A stretch of 64,000 nt of DNA. It comes from a virus. Where the stretch lies: IMG/VR virus record IMGVR_UViG_3300012985_000010, positions 8,395 to 72,394 of that record; one strand, 5' to 3'. Below are positions 49,993 to 56,502 of this stretch, piece after piece (position 1 is the stretch's first letter; the number at the start of each line of letters is the position of its first letter). The notes under the pieces were generated by a model, which saw only the letters and a program-made list of their open reading frames with translations, was not told where the DNA came from and searched no databases. Both the position numbers and the translations under genes were made by a program.

Positions 49993-50478
49993 ATGAGAAA
50001 CACCATTATCTTCGATATGGACGGTACCCTGTGCGACGTACAGGCAATCCGTCATTATGTGCGTGGGGACAATCAGAACTTCGACGCATTCCACAAGGCC
50101 TCCCTCTGGTGCCCACCCAACTACGATGTGCTCGAAGCAGCACAGGGTCATGCCTCTGACGGATACCACATCACCATCGTCACCGCAAGGGATGAGAAGT
50201 ACCGTGATGTCACAGAGGATTGGCTTGACAAGTACAAGGTCCCCTATGACGTTATGTACATGAGGCCCTGGGGAGACCGGCGCAAGGATCGAGACGTAAA
50301 GATCGAGATTCTCGAAGAGATCAGAGCCTCGAACCTCAACCCCGTACTTGCCTACGATGACAACCCCCATGTGATCGCCATGTGGAAAGAGCATGGAATC
50401 GACGTGGAGGTTGTTCCTGGTTGGGACGCGACACCTCTCGAAGAACTCGCCGGTATCTTGACACCCGACCACGTCTAG
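49993..50478 (+). CDS. HAD-family phosphatase (PNKP/PseT phosphatase-like)
   Basis: IIFDMDGTL, VTAR, MRPWGDRRKD..VK, YDD; TTGATT-N17-TAGGAT leaderless promoter. Confidence 0.88.
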   Translation: MRNTIIFDMDGTLCDVQAIRHYVRGDNQNFDAFHKASLWCPPNYDVLEAAQGHASDGYHITIVTARDEKYRDVTEDWLDKYKVPYDVMYMRPWGDRRKDRDVKIEILEEIRASNLNPVLAYDDNPHVIAMWKEHGIDVEVVPGWDATPLEELAGILTPDHV

Positions 50479-50492
50479 GGTAGGTTCGAGTC

Positions 50493-50708
50493 ATGCAGAA
50501 CACACCGCTTGCCCGCATCGGCAACTACTCCATCTTCGAGACCGCCAATCCCAACATCTTCGAGGCCGTGAGTGACTACGGTCCCGTTACCAGGATCGCG
50601 GCTGTCAGGGAAGGTCACTTCGGGTACAGGTGGATCATCACTCGAACCCTTCGTCCCAACCCGGACAAGTTCCTGAACCTGTTCGACCTCATCCAGACTC
50701 TCCCTTAG
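50493..50708 (+). CDS. hypothetical protein
   Basis: own TTGACA/TAGGTT leaderless promoter. Confidence 0.6.
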   Translation: MQNTPLARIGNYSIFETANPNIFEAVSDYGPVTRIAAVREGHFGYRWIITRTLRPNPDKFLNLFDLIQTLP

Positions 50709-50757
50709 AAAGGGGCGGGGCGCGCTCTTGAACCTCATTACGACCGCGCCGAAGTTT

Positions 50758-50779
50758 TGTCAGAGTCGTGTGGTAGAGT
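50758..50779 (+). promoter_or_regulatory. RecA-NDp-like promoter
   Basis: TGTCAGAG-N8-TAGAGT. Confidence 0.65.
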
Positions 50780-50809
50780 TCGAGCATCACCTCAACCAAG
50801 GAGAGCGCC

Positions 50810-50959
50810 ATGTGTGAAGACTACCCCTGCTGCGGCCACACCCCGTCTGACCCCTGCACGCGCGAGTGGTACGACGAGCCCGACGCTTTCGACCCCCGCA
50901 AGAACCCCCACGCGTTCTGTGACCACGCCAACGGTGACTACGCCTGCGACGACTACTGA
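50810..50959 (+). CDS. 49-aa Cys/His-rich peptide (MCEDYPCCGH...CDDY)
   Basis: AAGGAG RBS, C-ending codons, downstream hairpin; below the ORF-track cutoff. Confidence 0.75.
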   Translation: MCEDYPCCGHTPSDPCTREWYDEPDAFDPRKNPHAFCDHANGDYACDDY

Positions 50960-51090
50960 GAGGCTAGCCCTTCGGGGCGGGGCGCGGCGTTTCCGGCGAT
51001 TACGAATGACGGCGAATTTCCCCGGCGTTTCTGTTGACACGGGACGGCGATTCTGTGTTAGACTCTACCTACCCAACCAGGAGGCACATC

Positions 51091-51345
51091 ATGAGCAACG
51101 TCCGCGTCATCCCCGCCCACGTCGACACTCCCCCGGTCGATGCTGAGTCCGCTGAGTTCTCCCGCTTCGTGCCGGAGCACCTGCTGGGTGACTTCGAGGT
51201 CGACGTTCTGCAGGGCGAGGCCATCCCCACGATCAACGACACCATCGACTTCTGGGCTGAAATGGCAACCTGCGAGCACGGCCTGTCGCGCGAACTCTGC
51301 GACGGCCCCATGCACTACCCGGCAGACAACCCCTACGACTTCTGA
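51091..51345 (+). CDS. hypothetical protein (CEHGLS..LC.GPMHY motif)
   Basis: AGGAGG RBS at ATG 51091. Confidence 0.75.
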   Translation: MSNVRVIPAHVDTPPVDAESAEFSRFVPEHLLGDFEVDVLQGEAIPTINDTIDFWAEMATCEHGLSRELCDGPMHYPADNPYDF

Positions 51346-51425
51346 GAAACCTCGCTCCTGCCCTTGACAAAGGGCAGGGTGCGCGGGGCGCGGTCGGGCG
51401 TGTCATTACGAAGCCTGTTTGATTT

Positions 51426-51447
51426 TGTCGGTGCCGTGTGTTACTGT
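51426..51447 (+). promoter_or_regulatory. RecA-NDp (PafBC-type) promoter
   Basis: tTGTCGGTG-N8-TACTGT; TTGATT -35 also present. Confidence 0.7.
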
Positions 51448-51471
51448 TGGCTCAACCAACCAGGAGGAAAC

Positions 51472-51708
51472 ATGAACGACTGCATCGAGCACACCATCCC
51501 CGCTGACTGCGAGGGCGAGGTCATGTTCTACCAGGCCCTTTCCGGCTCGGGTGAGTCCTACCCCCGCTGCGAGAAGGGTTACGCCGAGTACGTCGAGCGC
51601 GTGCAGCCCCAGATGGACTCGATCCGTGAGCGGTACCCCGACTCCTCCACCCCGCCGTCCTGGTTCGACCCCACCTACGCGGGCGAGCGATGGGACGATG
51701 ACTACTGA
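51472..51708 (+). CDS. hypothetical protein ending FDPTYAGERWDDDY
   Basis: AGGAGG RBS at ATG 51472. Confidence 0.8.
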   Translation: MNDCIEHTIPADCEGEVMFYQALSGSGESYPRCEKGYAEYVERVQPQMDSIRERYPDSSTPPSWFDPTYAGERWDDDY

Positions 51709-51776
51709 GCACTCGCCTTCGGGCGGGGCGACCGTTACCTTTCTGTTACGAAATGAGTCTGATTTCGTGGGGAAAC

Positions 51777-51798
51777 TGTCAGACCCCTACGCTAGAAT
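51777..51798 (+). promoter_or_regulatory. RecA-NDp-like promoter
   Basis: TGTCAGAC-N8-TAGAAT. Confidence 0.65.
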
Positions 51799-51845
51799 CT
51801 GGATACAGGCAAGAGGGAGAACGGTTCTCCCAGGAAAGGCAAGTC

Positions 51846-52166
51846 ATGATCATCAAGTCCGTTAGCCAGTGGGACGTTATCTCCCTCCCTTCGTTCGACC
51901 CGTCCGGTCGTTCTGACTTCCAGGTGGTTGAGATTACCACTGACGCCAACGGTGAGTACGTTCACCTTAAGGCTGTCTCTCCCGATGGTCACTACGTCTC
52001 GAAGCAGGTCGGTGTTCGCACGATGGGTGACACCCTTCGTAACGCTCGTCCTGCCGAGTGCGTGGAGTGCCGTACCAACGTGTATGTGCCTCACAACTCT
52101 TGCCTCTACGGCGGAAACCGTACGGGTCACTCAAAGACTCACTGTACCGCGAATGCGTGTTACTAG
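51846..52166 (+). CDS. hypothetical protein with C-terminal Cys/His cluster
   Basis: GAAAGG RBS; CVEC...H..C...H...HC...C. Confidence 0.7.
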   Translation: MIIKSVSQWDVISLPSFDPSGRSDFQVVEITTDANGEYVHLKAVSPDGHYVSKQVGVRTMGDTLRNARPAECVECRTNVYVPHNSCLYGGNRTGHSKTHCTANACY

Positions 52167-52270
52167 ACACGCCCGAGCGCGGGGCGCTCGTTACCTGTTT
52201 GTTACGAAAGACGTTTGATTTCGTGGGTGATACCTGATACGGTGTACCTACCAACGACAAGGAGAGTCAA

Positions 52271-52459
52271 GTGTTCCAGATCAAGCCCGTTTCGCCTCCG
52301 GCCCCCGAGTGCTTCGTTCCGAAGCAGTTTGAGACCGAGAGTGAGGTGCTGTCCACTCTGATCGTCAACGGTTGGAGCGAGATTCACCACCCGTCGGGCA
52401 CCGTCTGGCGTCACGACGTTTCCGGTCGCATCGTTCGCATCGTGGAGGTTGACGCGTGA
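52271..52459 (+). CDS. hypothetical protein
   Basis: AAGGAG RBS; TTGATT-N17-TACGGT promoter. Confidence 0.7.
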   Translation: MFQIKPVSPPAPECFVPKQFETESEVLSTLIVNGWSEIHHPSGTVWRHDVSGRIVRIVEVDA

Positions 52460-52845
52460 TCAACAACGTGGAGAATTCGATCCTGGTCTGTCGCATCCTG
52501 GCAGACAACGGCCTCGGCGGGCGTTCCTTGGAGCGTGCGGCAACTTCGATCATGGCCCTCGGCGCAAAGGACATGTCCAATGTCCCGCAGGCTAGCGGCT
52601 CCCCCCTTGCCGATTGGGAGAAGGAGTTGCTGGACCCGCAGTACCGGGTCAAGGAGTGGTGTATCCGTCACCTGGACGAGTACCGCACCGAGGACGGTAC
52701 CTCGTACCGTAAGATCATGATGATCAAGGACGTGAAGGCTGCGTTTGGTCTCTCGCTTAAGGAGGCGAAGGACCGTGTGGACGAGTGCGTGACCAATGCG
52801 GACCTCGCCCAACTGCGTGAGCGCCTGACCGGCAACTCGTACTAG
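52456..52845 (+). CDS. protein with ribosomal L7/L12 C-terminal-like domain
   Basis: KIMMIKDVKAAFGLSLKEAKDRVD resembles the L7/L12 motif KI.VIK.VR...GLGLKEAKDLVE. Confidence 0.7.
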   Translation: MINNVENSILVCRILADNGLGGRSLERAATSIMALGAKDMSNVPQASGSPLADWEKELLDPQYRVKEWCIRHLDEYRTEDGTSYRKIMMIKDVKAAFGLSLKEAKDRVDECVTNADLAQLRERLTGNSY

Positions 52846-52988
52846 GCGATTTCAGCCCGCCCCAAGCCCTTGACAAAAGGGCTTGGAGGCGCGGGGCGCA
52901 CCTTTACCTTCTCTTTACGAACACCTGTTGACTTCCCTGGTCTCAGCGTGTATGGTTTACCTATCAGCCCCGATGAAGGAGTGGTCAC

Positions 52989-53108
52989 ATGAACACCAGC
53001 GAGAAGATTGCCGCCGCCGTGGCGAACCAGAAGGCCGTCAAGGCCCAGCGCGCACGGGAAGCAATGGCTCGCGTGGCTGCTGCTTCACCGGGGCTGCCCA
53101 AGTCCTGA
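52989..53108 (+). CDS. 39-aa basic Ala-rich peptide
   Basis: AAGGAG RBS; TTGACT-N17-TATGGT promoter. Confidence 0.65.
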   Translation: MNTSEKIAAAVANQKAVKAQRAREAMARVAAASPGLPKS

Positions 53109-53109
53109 G

Positions 53110-53405
53110 GCGCGCGGGGGATGTGGACCCCTGCGCTTGGAACGAGGCTTGGCCCACCTCAACTCAGAAACGGGCCCACAACTTCACAGCGCGTGTCTCC
53201 TAGGTAGGGACTAGACGAATCGGAACACACTTACCCGAGGATGGAAGCGGTCGTTTCGTAGCACACGAGGAGTAGTGTCCCGCCCCTGCTACCATATCCC
53301 ACCGTAATCGAACACCTACCTAGGCGAGACGTTCTGTGGATGGCGCATAAGTGAATATGGTCATGAGTAGCCCCTAATGGCATAAGCAACCATTAGGGGC
53401 ATATT
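53110..53405. ncRNA. candidate structured ncRNA (rod-like hairpin flanked by two hairpins)
   Basis: about 290 nt without a credible ORF; nested long-range pairings across 53185-53338. Confidence 0.5.
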
Positions 53406-53461
53406 CATGCGGGGCGCGCAGCGCCAACAGTTTACGACCGGCGCTCGATTTCCCTGGACCT

Positions 53462-53492
53462 AGGGGGCCAGCCCATGATAGGCTGGCCCCCT
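53462..53492 (-). terminator. terminator of the inverted cassette
   Basis: 12-bp GC-rich stem just after the stop of 53498..53722. Confidence 0.65.
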
Positions 53493-53497
53493 TGTGG

Positions 53498-53722
53498 TCA
53501 GGACTCGGTGGGAGCCTTGGTCAGATCGACCTTCGGAGTCTCCACCTTCGGAGCGGCGACGGGGTTGTCAGCCTCGAACTTCACGCCCTTGGCGCGAGCC
53601 TCGGCCACGAGAGCACGGCCCTCGTTCGAGAAACGACCCTTGACGGAACCCGGCTTCGCCAGGCCCTTCTCGATCAGCAGAGCGCGGGGGCTCTCGTACT
53701 TGGTGCGGAACTTGCGGGCCAT
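53498..53722 (-). CDS. small basic DNA-binding-like protein (Lsr2/AT-hook-like KGR motif)
   Basis: GGAGG RBS; PRALLIEKGLAKPGSVKGRFS; paralogue at 59697. Confidence 0.7.
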   Translation of the reverse strand: MARKFRTKYESPRALLIEKGLAKPGSVKGRFSNEGRALVAEARAKGVKFEADNPVAAPKVETPKVDLTKAPTES

Positions 53723-53775
53723 GACAGGCCCTCCCTTCACTTTCGGTGAGGGCGTGTCCCTCACTCACAGGACTA

Positions 53776-53797
53776 ACTATACACGGATACACCGACG
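53776..53797 (-). promoter_or_regulatory. RecA-NDp-like promoter (one mismatch)
   Basis: CGTCGGTG-N8-TATAGT on the - strand. Confidence 0.5.
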
Positions 53798-53934
53798 ATT
53801 GGAACCCTTTGTCCAACCTTTCTTGGTAAAGGAATCTTTGCCCCCGCCCTATTGACAACGATCATCAGGGCGGGCCGCGCTCGGGCGTGTCGTTACGAAG
53901 CCGTGACAATTTCCCCGGTGATACGGTTGCGCGG

Positions 53935-53956
53935 TGTCGGTCCCCTAGTGTATAGT
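53935..53956 (+). promoter_or_regulatory. RecA-NDp-like leaderless promoter
   Basis: TGTCGGTC-N8-TATAGT; ATG 7 nt downstream. Confidence 0.65.
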
Positions 53957-53963
53957 TTGAGCC

Positions 53964-54710
53964 ATGACAAACACCCTCGCGCTTCGACTGTCCACCGACC
54001 GTAAGACGACCCCTTCCGCAAACAAGGCGGGAACGCAGGCAAACGTGAGCAACGCTTTCGGCTTGCTTTCCGGGCGGGAGTTTTCGTGCCCCGGTCAGAC
54101 TGCCGCGTGCGAGGCTGTTTGCTACGCTGGCAAATTGGAGAACATCTTTAAGGGATTCCGCGCGGTTATGGAGTCGAATTGGAACGCCGTTAAGGATGCG
54201 TCCGCTAATGATATCGCGCGGTCGCTTAACCACCTTATCGGTGAATTCCGTATCGCTGCTAATAAGCGTGGGGCCTCGCTCGATTTCCGCATTCACCATG
54301 ACGGGGATTTCTTTTCTCGCGCGTACGCTCGCGCATGGTCTGCGGTTATCCTCTCCAACCCTGACGTGAATTTCTGGGCATACACTCGGAGTTTCACGCC
54401 GGGAAACAATGTCGTCGATATCCTCGCCGGTATTCCGAATCTCACCCTTTACCTTTCGGTGGACGAGGGGAATGCGGAATGGGTGGACGAGATTATCAGT
54501 GAGCACCCGGATATCCTTATCGCAACGCTTACCGATACTGCCGCCGAAGGTGCGGCAATGATGGGCGAATGGCGAAACCGTCCGGGTGCGGCGTGTCCCG
54601 AGGTTATGGGCCGAATTCCTCTCATTACCGTAAACGGTGGCGCGTGCATTTCCTGCGGACTTTGCCCTAATGGCAAGGCCGATATCCGATTCGCAGCAAA
54701 GGGGAAGTGA
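53964..54710 (+). CDS. GP88-family (radical-SAM-like Cys-rich) protein
   Basis: SCPG...C...CYA, FRIHHDGDF, FWAYTR, NL..YLS.D, C..CGLC. Confidence 0.8.
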   Translation: MTNTLALRLSTDRKTTPSANKAGTQANVSNAFGLLSGREFSCPGQTAACEAVCYAGKLENIFKGFRAVMESNWNAVKDASANDIARSLNHLIGEFRIAANKRGASLDFRIHHDGDFFSRAYARAWSAVILSNPDVNFWAYTRSFTPGNNVVDILAGIPNLTLYLSVDEGNAEWVDEIISEHPDILIATLTDTAAEGAAMMGEWRNRPGAACPEVMGRIPLITVNGGACISCGLCPNGKADIRFAAKGK

Positions 54711-54711
54711 C

Positions 54712-54885
54712 TTGTATATCATCAAGACTCGTAACCGTAAGACCGGCCGCGCGGATATCAAGGTGCATTCCGGGGATTATTCCTCGGCTGTTACCCGTAC
54801 CAACCGGCTCAAGAATGCGAACACGGTTAGCCTTCACGCTAACACCGGTCGCTGTCTGCTCCGGTCTCCCGGTTCGGTTATCTAA
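54712..54885 (+). CDS. small basic hypothetical protein
   Basis: TTG start immediately after the GP88 stop. Confidence 0.55.
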   Translation: MYIIKTRNRKTGRADIKVHSGDYSSAVTRTNRLKNANTVSLHANTGRCLLRSPGSVI

Positions 54886-54987
54886 CCCGTGCGCGGGCGT
54901 GGCAACACGCCCGAGCGCGGGGCGCGCGTTACCCTTTCGTTACGAAAGGTGCTTGATTTCGTGGGGCTCTGCTGATAGGTTCTCTGC

Positions 54988-55449
54988 ATGGAAATCTTCC
55001 GCATCGAACACGGCCAATACCTCCACGGTCCCTACAACACGGCGCATTGGGACAGCAAGTCCATTTGCGACTGTGGCTACTTCCCCGCGATGGAGAAGTG
55101 GAACGAGGACATGAACCGTGAGTTCCCCTGGCACGATGACGACTGTTTCTTGATGCAGTTGCGTTCGGTCACTGAGGCAATGCTCAGCGAGCACTGCGAT
55201 ATCGCACACCCGCCGCCGCAGCGTGACAACCTGTTCGATATCGCACCTGACGAGGTGTGCGCCTTCCTCGACCTCGCAGACCTCCACGAGTGGTTCGCAG
55301 GCTTTCAGGACACATTGGCCGAGGTTGGGTACCGCATTTCCGTCTTTGAGGTTGACGAGTGTGATATCCGAGTCGGTGACACTCAGATTGTTTTCCGCAA
55401 CGGTGAGAGGTTGACAACCCTCCCCCTGACTGGTAAGGTCGCAGCATGA
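54988..55449 (+). CDS. hypothetical protein (possible ADP-ribosyltransferase-like fold)
   Basis: leaderless TTGATT-N17-TAGGTT promoter; FRIEH..GPY...HP.P..D...CAF...WF...QIVF. Confidence 0.7.
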   Translation: MEIFRIEHGQYLHGPYNTAHWDSKSICDCGYFPAMEKWNEDMNREFPWHDDDCFLMQLRSVTEAMLSEHCDIAHPPPQRDNLFDIAPDEVCAFLDLADLHEWFAGFQDTLAEVGYRISVFEVDECDIRVGDTQIVFRNGERLTTLPLTGKVAA

Positions 55450-55604
55450 CGAAGAACAAGCGCCGAGCGCGCCCGCAGAAGCAGAAGGACAAGGTACAGC
55501 GTGTGCAGGACCTCCGCAGGGGTTCGACCGCTCAGCCTCACGCCCTTGCCACCGACTACAAGCGTAGCCCGAAGCACAAGGGACGCGGGTGGGAGGATGC
55601 GTAA
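55446..55604 (+). CDS. 52-aa basic ArfA-like peptide
   Basis: ATGA-coupled; C-terminus DYKRSPKHKGRGWEDA; below the ORF-track cutoff. Confidence 0.65.
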   Translation: MTKNKRRARPQKQKDKVQRVQDLRRGSTAQPHALATDYKRSPKHKGRGWEDA

Positions 55605-55794
55605 GTTCGCGTATGAACTGACCGAGGATGATGTGCTCCTGGTCGACTCACGCGAGGTCATGATCGAGGAGGTGAACCCCCTTGATGCTGATTCGGATGT
55701 TGACGAGAGCACTTACGTCGTGGGATACTATGATGATGACGGTGACGATTTCCGTCGTCTCTACGGACCCGACGATGAGGTGGTAGTCAAGTGA
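55597..55794 (+). CDS. small acidic hypothetical protein
   Basis: overlap-coupled ATG at 55597. Confidence 0.65.
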   Translation: MRKFAYELTEDDVLLVDSREVMIEEVNPLDADSDVDESTYVVGYYDDDGDDFRRLYGPDDEVVVK

Positions 55795-55910
55795 GGCTCT
55801 GGCAGGTTAAGTGTGATGGTGAGGTCTTTGGACCTTTCGCATCCCGACAGGACGCACGAGATTTTAACGATGACGTTCTCCACGGACAGGGGAAGGTCAC
55901 AGGGGCTTGA
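55791..55910 (+). CDS. 39-aa hypothetical peptide
   Basis: GTGA-coupled; MRLWQVKCDGEVFGPFASRQDA... Confidence 0.55.
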   Translation: MRLWQVKCDGEVFGPFASRQDARDFNDDVLHGQGKVTGA

Positions 55911-56045
55911 CAGACCCGGTGTAGGTAGGCTACACTGGATAAGTCAACCGGGTGGACTCTCGGCTCCGGCTCCATCCGTCAAATCGTCAGGGAAGACACG
56001 TTAGAGATAGCCTGACGCCTCTACTACAGGAAGAAGGTACGGCGA

Positions 56046-56312
56046 ATGTCCGTCATGATCGAAGGACCCGAGGGTGTGGGCATGGTTCGGCTTCTTGCCA
56101 TCGCGCATTCTCTCGCACTTGAGATCAACACCGGCATGAAGATGTCGCGTGGCCTCTCCCCGCTGGCAGTTGCCCAGCGTGACGGCATCACCAGCAAGCG
56201 CACGAAGAAGGGCGCTCTTAGGGATGTGGTTGCCGCTATCAAGCAGGCACACATCGACCAGGGGCGACCGGCCTACGAGCCTTCGAGCGTCATCGTTCGG
56301 GCTATGGAGTAG
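56046..56312 (+). CDS. hypothetical protein
   Basis: TTGACA-N18-TACACT promoter; LALEINTGMKMSRG motif; downstream TTCG hairpin. Confidence 0.75.
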   Translation: MSVMIEGPEGVGMVRLLAIAHSLALEINTGMKMSRGLSPLAVAQRDGITSKRTKKGALRDVVAAIKQAHIDQGRPAYEPSSVIVRAME

Positions 56313-56441
56313 CCCCGCAGGCCCTTCGGGGCCTGCGCCCCGCGCCATTGGATCTAATTACGAAGGCACGCGCGATTCGTCATCGACCCGCGCCGTACCA
56401 CATAATTACGATGAAGTCAACACTTTCATGGGCTTGTAAAC

Positions 56442-56463
56442 TGTCAGTGGGTCCTGCTACACT
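56442..56463 (+). promoter_or_regulatory. RecA-NDp (PafBC-type) promoter of rIIA-rIIB
   Basis: TGTCAGTG-N8-TACACT. Confidence 0.7.
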
Positions 56464-56502
56464 TCTACTACACACAACGGAGCACGACGAAAGGAACTCA
56501 GG

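Noticed and set aside
53308-53323. LexA SOS box
   Set aside because: Only the TCGAAC half-site is present; there is no GTTCGA
53865-54761. 298-aa - strand ORF
   Set aside because: Antisense to the GP88-like gene and runs through regulatory DNA
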